Position numbers and translations under genes: made by a program. Below, one piece after another: positions 53,186 to 64,000 of a DNA stretch of 64,000 nt; the first letter of the stretch is position 1; the number at the start of each line of letters is the position of its first letter. The stretch covers positions 52,638,001 through 52,702,000 of the forward strand of contig NC_043012.1 in NCBI RefSeq assembly GCF_006345805.1. The letters are read 5' to 3'. This DNA is from Octopus sinensis. Taxonomy: Eukaryota. The notes below the pieces were generated by a model. It searched no databases, had not been told where the DNA came from, and saw only the letters and a program-made list of their open reading frames with translations.

Positions 53186-55577
53186 TGTTTCTTTATTAGC
53201 CACACAGGGCTGCACACAGATAGAACAAATTACAAGGTAGAGCTTTTCTTTTGAAGGTTTAAAAAAAATAAAAAATAAAAAAAAAAATATATAAAAAAAA
53301 TATAAAAAATAAGAAAAAAATAAAATAAAATAAAAAAGGGGGGGTCGATCAAAAGGGATCGTAAAAGGAGAGAAAGAGGACAAAAAAAAAGGGGGGGTTC
53401 AAAAAAAAGGGGGAGAGGAAAAAAATTGATCAATAGGGATCGTTATCCCAGAAATGTCAATATGAAGTGTAAAGGGGGGGACAGGTGAGGTTTACCCGTG
53501 GAAAGAAAAGCCTACGGAAAAGACCACGGTAACCTCGGTCAATGAAGTCACATGTTATATTTCTTTTTTTTTTTTTTTTTTTTTGCAAATAAGCAACTCT
53601 CTGTATTAATTTTTACGGTTTATAGAATCATAGTCAAGGTGGCTTCGTCATTCATACGTGCCATCCTTGCTACATTCACCCATCTTTTTTTAAAACATTC
53701 ACTAGACAAAACTTGCCTCTCTACTCTCACTTTTTTCTTCAAGTGATACTTGAAGAAGTTGATGAGAGATTGACCAGAGAGGAAAGTGTTTGTCTCTAAT
53801 CCTTTCAGACGCGTCCACCAGATACATTCTTTCGCCATAGCCACAAGTATGATAAAAATAGCTCTTCCTTCCCGTTTGAAGGAAGGAGGCGTGACGATAT
53901 TAACGATAGACTCGGCTGATAAACCGACACGTCCCACACGTGACAGCAGTCGTTCGACATAAGCCCACAGGTGGGAAATTGCTGGACACTGCACGATTGC
54001 GTGCAGAGCGGTTTCGTCGCTCTGCCCGCATCTCGGGCAGGTCGGCCCCGTGTTTCTCGAGCCATGCCTATAGAGCTTATCCCGAACGGGTAGCGCTTCT
54101 CGGTAGCACCGCCAGGCCAGGGATCTCTGGAAGTTGTCCATAGGTCCCGGGCCGAAAGTCGTTTGAAACAGGTGGGTCAGGTATTCCTCGTCGACGCCCA
54201 GGTTTGCCCCGAGCTCGTCGTCGTACCTCCCCTCCACTAATCCCCTATAGAATGCTTTGGTTGTGTTGAAGTCACTCAAGGTCGACCCGGGACGGCAGAG
54301 TTGCTTGAGAGCAACGCGACACTCGCGGTGCCATTCGCCCTTCTTCGGCCTCTTTTTGATCCACGACTGTAGTTCGGTCATGGAGACGAGTTGCGGGAAT
54401 GCGTGCCTCACAAACGGCGACCACACCTGTTCACCGTCGTCTACATAGAGCCGGAGATGTCGCAGTCTCAGCGCGTGTCTGCGCATCATCAACCACGGCA
54501 TGCCCAGCCCTCCTTTTAACGGGTGTTGACAGCAAATGGATCGCCTGACCATCGGGACGCATCCTTTCCACAAGAGCGGAAGAGGATGCGTTCTAGTTTG
54601 GTGATGGTAGGGTCGGGACAAGGTACGACGGTCAGGCGGTAGTAGATGATGGACGCGATGTACGCGTTCACCACCTCCGCCCGACCTTTTAGGGACAGTT
54701 TCCTCTCGGCCCATTGCTGGGCGAGAGTGACCACCCTACTCGTTATCTCGTTCCAGTTCTTCTCCATTTGGAGGTCCGGACCGAACCAGACCCCGAGCAA
54801 CTCAACCGGGCCGTCTGTCCAGCGTCCCACGACGGAGGTACTGGTGGACGGCATGGGTTTGCTTCTCCAGGTGCCGAGCCGCAAGCCCACTGACTTTTCC
54901 CGGTTGATTTTTGCTCCTGTCACCGCTTCGTAGTCTTTCAGTGTCTCGCCGACCCGCTCGATGTGCTCGTGGCTTGACACTATGACGGTGACGTCGTCCA
55001 CGTATGCAGACACGCTCGTCCCGCATCCTAATTCTCGCGGGATGCCCCTCAGAGTCGCCAGCTTCCGCAGTAGTGGCTCAAGAGTCAATACGTATAGAAG
55101 CGCCGAGAGGGGGCATCCCTGACGGACCGAACGTGCAATGTCGAAGGGTCTCGATAGATGTCCATTTACGCGAACTACCGAACGGATGCCTCTGTACAAG
55201 GCAGCTATCCAGCCGCGGAAGACGGGACCGAAACCAGCCGCTCTCAGGACTGCCTCCAAGTATCGATGGTCTACCCTATCAAAGGCTTTCGTTTGATCCA
55301 AGTTGATCAGGGCCCCACCCATGCCAGGTTCGTTAACTACCCTGTCTATGATGTAGCGCATCAGATGGAGGTTGTCATGGATGCTCCGGCCCGGCACGGC
55401 GCACGTTTGTGCGTTGTCGACCAGTTTCTCCATGACAAGCGCCAACCTCTTGGCTAACACCTTTGTCAAAATTTTCAGGTCTGCATTGAGCAGAGTGATT
55501 GGCCTAAAGTTATCTATAATGTTTCCCTTGTTTGGATCTTTCTTCAGCAGAGTTACAGCTCCTCGACTCACAAAACC
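53185..55577 (-). mobile_element. Tx1-like copy 3, 5'-truncated at the start of the RT, frameshifted
   Basis: ORFs 54516-55853 and 53620-54714 join across a frameshift near 54570; YVDD replaces YADD; flanked by (GATA)n. Confidence 0.92.
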
Positions 55578-55640
<63 letters not shown>

Positions 55641-55641
55641 G

Positions 55642-55715
<74 letters not shown>

Positions 55716-55744
55716 CATACAGATAAATAGATAGATAGACAGAT

Positions 55745-56345
55745 AACTTTCTTTATTGGCCACACAGGGCTGAACTATAGAGGGGACAAATATAAATGTA
55801 GAGCTTTTCTTTTCGAATATGGTAAAAGAAAAAGGAAACAAAAAAGGAAACAAATGTAAAATCCGATCAAAAGGGATCGGAAGAAAAAAAATGCGATCGA
55901 AAGGGATCGTGTATCACAGAAACAAATGTTTTAACATTAAGAAACATGATTAGGTTTATCCGTGGGAAGAAAAGCCTACAGAAAAGACCACGGTAACTTC
56001 AGTTAGGGAAGATATAAACACATGAGAGCAAAGTGCTTTCTCTCTCTCTTTTACGATTTACAGGATCATGCTCAGAGTGGTTTCGTCACTCGCACGCACC
56101 ACCTTTGCTACATTCACTCACCTTTTTTTGAAACTTTCGTGAGACAAAATCTGCCTCTCCATTCTCAGCTTCCTGTTCAAGTGGTACTTGAAGAAGTTGA
56201 TGAGTGATTGGCCAGAAAGGTAAGTGTTTGTCTCTAATCCTTTCGCTCGGGTCCACCACACACATTCTTTCACCATGGCTACCTGTACGATGAAAACTGC
56301 CTTGCCTTCCCGGTTGAGGGAGGGGGCGGAGCAATTTTCACGATA
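55745..56345 (-). mobile_element. Tx1-like copy 4, diverged subfamily, 3' 600 bp
   Basis: Homologous 3' UTR and ORF end (FSSYRVAMVKECVWWTRAKG-like region); flanked by (GATA)n at 55578-55744 and 56343-56437. Confidence 0.85.
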
Positions 56346-56356
56346 GATAGATAGAC

Positions 56357-56437
<81 letters not shown>

Positions 56438-56506
56438 TATTAACTCCCGTTAAAGCACACTTCTGACAGGAAAAGGTGCTCTTTGCAGTTATTTGTACAA
56501 TCTTAT

Positions 56507-56832
56507 AAGTTAAGTTAAGTTAAGTTAAGTTGGGCTCAAAAAGCAAAAAGCAAGGCCATGTAGGGGGACATGGAGTTATGCACAGAGGTGTTCATGCGAA
56601 GAGTTCAGGCCATTTCTGGTCAAGAGAGACTTTGAACCGAGCAGTCGTCGGCATCTTCACTATCTCGTCCGGCAGCTTATTCCACGGATCCGCAACCCGG
56701 ACGGAGAAAGCCCCTCTACTTCGATTGAGATGAAATCGTCGCAGATAGAGCTTTTCGCAGTGACCCCGCAGCCCACGCTCTGGAGCAGGAGTGAAGAACA
56801 GCTCTTTCGAGAGGTTACACTTTCCGCTTATA
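56507..56832 (-). mobile_element. CR1-type LINE 3' fragment with (AACTT)n tail
   Basis: Minus-strand LRGHCEKLYLRRFHLNRSRGAFSVRVADPWNKLPDEIV...FKVSLD; five AACTT units. Confidence 0.85.
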
Positions 56833-57208
56833 TTTTATACTACGTGATATTAGAAAAACGTGAACTCATACTCTCACCATGGTGTATAATAACAGCGTAA
56901 CAGGAAATACATCATATAATTATATAAAACATAAATATACATTGAATATAATTAATACTGTAAATTGTTAATTTCATTCACTTAATATAAAACATTTGAT
57001 TTAAATTATAAATTAATTAAATAATGGTTTCAAATCTCAGCACATGGACAAGTTCGTGTAAGTCAATTTTAGAAACCCTAGTTTTCAACAGGTCATTATT
57101 TTATTGACACTGAAAGAAATGAAAAGCAAGGTCGAGCCGGGTGGAATTTGAACTAAGTATATTGCTAAGTATATTGCGGTCGAGCTTACGATTCTGCCAG
57201 TTGACGAC

Positions 57209-57596
57209 GTGGAGGCGCAATGGCCCAGTGGTTAGGGCAGCGGACTCGCGGTCATAGGATCGCGGTTTCGATTCCCAGACCGGGCGTTGTGAGTGTTTAT
57301 TGAGCGAAAACACCTAAAAGCTCCAGGAGGCTCCGACAGGGATGGTGGTGATCCCTGCTGTACTCTTTCACCACAACTTTCTCTCACTATTACTTCCTGT
57401 TTCTGTTGTACCTGTATTTCAAAGGGCCGGCCTTGTCACTCTCTGTGTCACGCTGAATATCCCCGAGAACTACGTTAAGGGTACACGTGTCTGTGGAGTG
57501 CTCAGCCACTTGCACGTTAATTTCACGAGCATGCCGTTCCGTTGATCGGCTCAACCGGAAACCTCGTCGTCGTAACCGACGGAGTGCTTCCTCTCC
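57209..57596 (+). mobile_element. SINE family A nested in a diverged SINE-B (about 57090-57208, minus)
   Basis: 16-bp TSD tctgccag(t/c)tgacgac at 57193-57208 and 57597-57612. Confidence 0.88.
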
Positions 57597-58001
57597 TCTG
57601 CCAGCTGACGACCTTATGAAATTAATTAATATCATATTAGATAAACGTTTTAAACAAGTAAATAACTGCATAAGTTTTAAAATTTTATTTACCTGTGGTA
57701 CCTGTCTGACGAGTTACGAAGCTACCCGTTATTACCTGTCATACTTTCGATAGCCAGTATGCCTAGTAAAACTGGTTGCAGGCCATCTCAATTTTTTATT
57801 TCAACAACACGAGTTTTATTACCATAGGATCACACATAGAAACAGGCATAGAATATCTCAAAAACACACATATACATAAACACCCACCCAAATATACACG
57901 TATGTATATACACACACATTTCTATACTTATCTCTATATTGATAGTAACAGGGGGAGTTAGATAGACAGATAGAAATAGATAGATAGATAGATAGATAGA
58001 T

Positions 58002-58044
<43 letters not shown>

Positions 58045-58676
58045 TGTTAGTACAAAGAAAACAATTGTTTAGAAGTATTATAATAATAGTAATATTTAAC
58101 TGATCCCGGCGGACGCCTTGTGAAGATTTGATTGATATGTATTGGACTGGAGACACTTCCCTGTAGTCCTTGGTACCGGGGTTCGAACTTTGAACATATT
58201 TACAAAATATTGAAGACAAAACATAAATCGAACACCATCTATACCTGTTGACGTCCTATGAGCTAAAAAACATTTTTGTGATATTCTAAATAAATGTTCG
58301 TATATATAATAGCGATGAATGTAGCGGTGAGGGTGAGGGTGTGGCTGTGGAACAATAATGGAAGTTTATCTTTTCGAATTAAACAATATTGTTATAAATG
58401 AAATATAGCGTCATATACCTGTAATAGAACGACCAAAAATAAAAATAAGTTATAGACACACACACGCACACACATACACATACGTATATACATATACAAA
58501 AAGACACTCATATACACACACACATATACATACGTATATACATATACAAAAAGACACTCATATACACACACAAATATGTATAAATATAATTATGAATATA
58601 TGTATATATATATTTATCTATACATATATGTATGCACACACACACATACATAAATGCATATATCTACATACATACA

Positions 58677-58711
<35 letters not shown>

Positions 58712-58814
58712 GTATATGTATATATATGTATATATATATATATAAATATTATAAATATGTGTATATATAGATATAAATATGTATATATATTTATATATAA
58801 ATATGTATATATAT

Positions 58815-58930
<116 letters not shown>

Positions 58931-59617
58931 CATATACATATATACATACTATAAAATCAACTAATCTCTTTAATAATGACATTTTGAAAATAACTTACAG
59001 AGAGATAGATACCAAAATGAAAGTAAAGTTCTAGAATCACACAGCAGAAAGTCTTATGATTAATAGTATAAGACAATTGCCATAAGTAATCAAGCGTCAA
59101 GAGGATTGCTAGACATCGAAATCTCTAAGGGTTCCCAATAATGTTAAGGTTTTTCTAAGGAGTTATTATTCTCTTTAATAGCCTTTATGTTTCAGTTGAT
59201 ATGACATTATCGGGAACATATTTAACTGAAGAATTTTCCCATGGTGTTAGTTTATCATCTTTACTTGTGGTCAATGTTTGCAATTAATTGCTTCTCAAAT
59301 GGAGCGGTGCATCTGGCCTACCCCGCTGATCGCTTACAGTGCTTTATTTTAAATACTTATCCTTTAACTGACGCACTTGTATTTGTATACACGCACACAT
59401 ATGTTTGTATGAATGTATGTATGTATGTATCTATGTATGTATCTATGTATGTCTCTATATGTGTGTGTGTATATATATGTATCTATGTATGTCTGTATGC
59501 GTATATATGTGTGTGGGTGTACATACATACACGCATATATGTATACATATACATATGTATATAATCACACGCGTGTGTTTCGATATACATTTGTATTCAT
59601 GTACGTATGTATAAATA

Positions 59618-59650
<33 letters not shown>

Positions 59651-60221
59651 ACAGGTCATTTGGTAATTTTTTAAATATCTCTACTTAATATGACTATTTA
59701 TATGCATAACTATGTGTGTGTATATATATATATATACATGTGTGTCTCTCTGTGTGCGTATGTGTGTGTCTTTATGTGCATGTATGTATGTGTGTGTGTG
59801 CGTGTCTGTATATAATTATGTAGATGGGCATGTATGTATTTATAGATAAATAGATAGATAGATAGATATATCTTACTTATGCACATGCATTTATGAAGAT
59901 ACATATGAGCTCATTTACGTACATAGAATAATATTTTTTAATGCGTGTAATTGCTTCAAACGGTTAGTATATCGATGATTATCATTTAGTAAAGAAAGAA
60001 TACTTAATATTATGAGAGTAATCAAAATTGCTCACACACACAGATTTCTACAAGCAATTGAAGGCTATAGGTAATTGCCTATATTTTAAACAGGTAACAC
60101 TGGTGGATTAATATATAAGACGTAATGCATAAACTTTTCAAAATTTGGCGCTATGCCAACAATTTCGAAGGAAGGGTTAAATTGATTATCTCGACACCAG
60201 TCCTCATCCGGCACTCTTTCT

Positions 60222-60636
60222 TATTTCTTTATTGCCCACAAGGGGCTAAACATGGAGGGAACAAACAAGGACATACAAAGGGATTAAGTCGATTATACCG
60301 ACTCCAGTGCGTAATTGGTTCTTAATTTATCGACCTCGAAAGGATGAAAGGCAAAGTCGGCCTCGGCGGAATTTGAACTCAGAACGTAACTGCAGACGAA
60401 ATACCTATTTCTTTACTACCCACAAGGGGTTAAACACAGAGAGGACAAACAAGGACAGACAAACGGATTAAGTCGATTATATCTACCCCAGTGCGTAACT
60501 GGTACTTATTTAATCGACCCCGAAAGGATGAAAGGCAAGGTCAACCTCGGCGGAATTTGAACTCAACGTAACTGCAGATGAAATACCTCTGAGCATTTCG
60601 CCCGGCGTGCAAACGTTTCTGCCAGCTTGCCGCCTT
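60222..60636 (-). mobile_element. SINE family B long-form dimer nested in an older SINE-B-like copy (about 60140-60750)
   Basis: 16-bp TSD atccggcactctttct at 60206-60221 and 60637-60652; internal junction gaaata|ggtatttcgtc. Confidence 0.88.
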
Positions 60637-61060
60637 ATCCGGCACTCTTTCTATTGATCCCAGAAGAATGAAAGGCAGAGGTGACTTCGCCGGAATATAA
60701 CCAAGAATATTGCCCAGAATGCCAACGATTCTGCTGGCTCGCCGCCCCCAAGGGAAGAAACACATAGTGTTAAAAATTGACATGAAAGATTGTTAAATGA
60801 ACTCACTATAGTATTCTCTCACACTCACAAATTTTCGGAGTCTTCTTCGTTCAGGTCACGATATACCTTGAAATTTACCGGAAAAGAGGTTTTTTGAGGC
60901 GATAAATGGAATTGGATCTTTACTCAAGTAGAACATCTATATTAAGTTAGACATTGCCGAATCACAAAAGGTAACTCTACTAAAGTGAGAACTCGGATAA
61001 CAAAAACCCGTGAATACTGTTAATCCAGTAGCGAGCGTGTTACTCTTCGTATGCAATATA

Positions 61061-61105
<45 letters not shown>

Positions 61106-61156
61106 CTCTATCTATCTATCTATCTATCTATCTCTATCTATCTATCTATCTATCTA

Positions 61157-61375
61157 AGGCGGTGATCTGGCAGAATCATTAGCACGCAGGAGGAAATGCT
61201 TAGCGGCATTTCGTCCGTCTTTCCATCCTGAGTTCAAATTCTGCTGAGGCCGACTTTGCCTTTCTTGCTTTCGGAGTCGACAAACTTAGCACTTGTTGAG
61301 CACTGGGGTTAATGCAATCGACTTATTCTCCACACCCAAGAACTTGTCGGCTTTTGTGCCAAAATTTTATACCAA
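61157..61375 (+). mobile_element. SINE family B, short form
   Basis: aaggcggtgatctggcagaatcattagcacg...gagttcaaattc...cttttgtgccaaaatttt. Confidence 0.7.
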
Positions 61376-61429
61376 TATTATGTCCTGTTTTCTCACTCTG
61401 TTTTATTTTTTTTTTTGTCTCTCTCTCTA

Positions 61430-61702
61430 CTTGCAACATTTCCTCTTTCCAAAAATTAAATCCTGCTTGAAAGGAAGAAATTTTCGTGACATTGGGGAAA
61501 TCAATGTGAATGCGACCAGACAACCGCTGATTATCCCAGAAAATGAGTTCCAGGAATGCTTCAGTCAATGGAAACAGTGCTGGATTAAATATGTTGCTTC
61601 CAAAGGGGACTACTTTGAAGGATACTAAATGCCAAATTGGTACGTGTTGTAGTTTTGTCTTTATAGTACCAGCCCGGATACTCATTGATCAGACCTCATG
61701 TA
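61430..61702 (+). mobile_element. Mariner 3' relic with right TIR
   Basis: FLFPKIKSCLKGRNF...FQECFSQWKQCWIKYVASKGDYFEG*; terminal ccggatactcattgatcagacctcatgta resembles the left end at about 42612. Confidence 0.8.
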
Positions 61703-61706
61703 TATA

Positions 61707-61709
<3 letters not shown>

Positions 61710-61758
<49 letters not shown>

Positions 61759-61768
61759 ATTATTATTA

Positions 61769-61844
<76 letters not shown>

Positions 61845-61912
61845 CATTATTATTATTATTATTATTATCATTATTATTAATATTATTATTATTATTAATA
61901 TTATTATTATTA

Positions 61913-61946
<34 letters not shown>

Positions 61947-61968
61947 CATTATTATTATTATTATTATT
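61710..61968. repeat. Long (ATT)n microsatellite
   Basis: Direct reading of the sequence. Confidence 0.95.
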
Positions 61969-62535
61969 TTACTCTCGGGATTAAAGCGAGAAAATAAATT
62001 TAAACCTAAATCAATTCTGCAGCAATAAATAAAGTCAAACAATAACAGAAATGTCTTCTAATGACATATTTTCGTTTACTGTTTTATATTTAAATTATTA
62101 AAAGCTTTGTTCATAAATCTTCGGGATATATTTCAAATACTGAAATAAAAAGTATTTCATTATTCATTATTGTTAATATTATAAAAATTGAACAAACTGC
62201 TTTCATGTGTTTTTTATTTTTTTTCTTTTCTGGCTCTTTTCATTCTCTGTTCAACTTCTGTCGAGGTCCACTTTGCTTTTCGTCACCACCCCAAAGCCGA
62301 TAAATTAAAGTACCCGTCAGGTACAAAGTATAGGTAGTATCGATTAATCCATGAAAATCATTTCCCTACAAATTTCTTAAATCAGAAACAAAAAAATAAT
62401 AATAATAATAATAAGATTAATAATAATAATAATAACAATAATAATAATAATAATGATGATGATGATGATGATGATGATAATAATAATAATAATATAATAA
62501 TAAGATTAATAATAATAATAATAATAATGATGATA

Positions 62536-62570
<35 letters not shown>

Positions 62571-62645
62571 AAGAAGAAGAAGAAGAAGAAGAAGAAGAAA
62601 AATAATAATAATAATAATAATATAATAATAATAATAATAATGATA

Positions 62646-62680
<35 letters not shown>

Positions 62681-62686
62681 AATAAC

Positions 62687-62744
<58 letters not shown>

Positions 62745-62747
<3 letters not shown>

Positions 62748-62960
62748 TCGCTATGTGGCAGCTACGAATGTCAAACATAAAGTTGTTCCTATTGTCATTG
62801 GAGCCTAGAGTTCAATACCATCCAGCCTGGAAAAAAATCTGGAAACTTTACAAATACTCTACAATCGAGGTGTCCTGCAAAAATCGGCATTACTTGGAAC
62901 TGCCCGAATATTGCGTAAAGTACTGTCTGTCTGAGGTCCTTTTTATGACTTGAAATACAT
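62745..62960 (+). mobile_element. R4/Dong-like 3' end fragment downstream of (TAA)n
   Basis: KVVPIVIGA.SSIPSSLEKNLETL...LQKSALLGTARILRKVLSV*. Confidence 0.75.
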
Positions 62961-63049
62961 TACATGCCCCCGGCAGACAAAATATTTTCAATCAACATCA
63001 CGATATTGGATACTGTGCGAAATCTTAAATAATATTAATAATGGTTTCA

Positions 63050-63288
63050 AATTTTGCCAATGATATCCATTATTCCCTACCAACACCACTCAACCTACAG
63101 CAATTTGGGGGAGGGGATTATCCAATTACAACCACTCCAAAGTATCGCTGGTACTTGATTTATCGACTCCGAAAGGATGACGGGCAAAGTCAACCTCGGC
63201 GAAATTTGAACTCAGAACGTAGCGACGGTCGAAATACCGCTAAGCATTATGTCCAGCATGCCAACGATTCTGCCAGCTCACCGCCTTC

Positions 63289-63290
<2 letters not shown>
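63050..63290 (-). mobile_element. SINE family B, short form
   Basis: gaaaggatgacgggcaaagtcaacctcggcgaaatttgaactcagaacg...gccagctcaccgcc. Confidence 0.75.
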
Positions 63291-63353
<63 letters not shown>

Positions 63354-63399
63354 TAATAATAATAATAATGATAATAATAATAATAACAATAATAATAAT

Positions 63400-63450
<51 letters not shown>

Positions 63451-63451
<1 letters not shown>

Positions 63452-63921
63452 TCTTGGTATAAAAGATGGGCTACAGCAAATATTCTGCTCTATACCACAG
63501 ATTTTCTTGTCAGTTGTTTGACCTTAACCAGTTGAGCATGTCCCTTAGTGGCTGACGATATGTGCATCTCTGATCACGAGCAGAAGTAGTGGGGGAGCAT
63601 CATAGCCATGTGTTGAGAAGTATTCTTTGGGGTTTGAATAATTCACCTCTGGAAACATGGGTGTTTCGTTCAACGTCCTTAAACAACCCTTATTCAGGGA
63701 CCTTTTGAGCGGGATGGGTTACTCGATCTGAAGAAAATTCTAACTGGGCTCCACCTGCAAGGTCATGTGCTGTTTATCTTGATATGAGATCACCATGTCG
63801 CGCACATATGGTTGTGATGCATGTGCCTGGTGTACCCTTATCAGACGGGTAGTCATGATGGGTATACTGGGCTTCGTATATTTTACCCCAGTGTCACTTT
63901 GATGGCATGCTCTGCTCACTC
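63451..63921 (-). mobile_element. Non-coding element flanked on both sides by (TAA)n (copy of 16810-17363, 3'-shortened)
   Basis: Reverse complement of about 16810-17283; (AAT)n on both flanks. Confidence 0.8.
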
Positions 63922-64000
63922 AATAATAATGATAATAATAATGATAATAATAATAATAATAATGATAATAATAATAATAATAATGATAATAATAATAATA

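Noticed and set aside
61543-62042. Poly-Ile/Leu ORFs, and similar poly-His/Ser, YI and CV ORFs elsewhere (e.g. 5649-6354, 46800-47309)
   Set aside because: Microsatellite translations with no domain content.

Overview
AT-rich, microsatellite-dense eukaryotic DNA whose repeat repertoire looks like octopus (coleoid cephalopod) intronic or intergenic sequence; this taxonomic call is an inference. I recognise no host protein-coding exon. Most ORFs in the track are microsatellite read-throughs or antisense frames of repeats. The window holds three tRNA-derived SINE families (called A, B and C here), fragments of RTE, CR1, R4/Dong and Penelope-like retroelements, mariner relics, a Tigger-like MITE and Helitron-like modules. 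It also holds a 7.5-kb stack of four independently 5'-truncated Tx1-like (L1 clade) LINEs, each embedded in (GATA)n. Main observations: (1) the Tx1 family appears to target (GATA)n; (2) the long form of SINE-B shares its 3' tail with the most diverged Tx1-like copy (34/39 nt) and recurs inserted at two fixed positions in the head of other SINE-B copies, forming head-to-tail stacks; (3) several minimal or variant type I hammerhead ribozyme folds occur in short (TA)n-associated or inverted-repeat modules, probably Penelope-derived; (4) a non-coding element next to (TAA)n tracts has an invariant, structured 5' end. All alignments and folds were done by eye.
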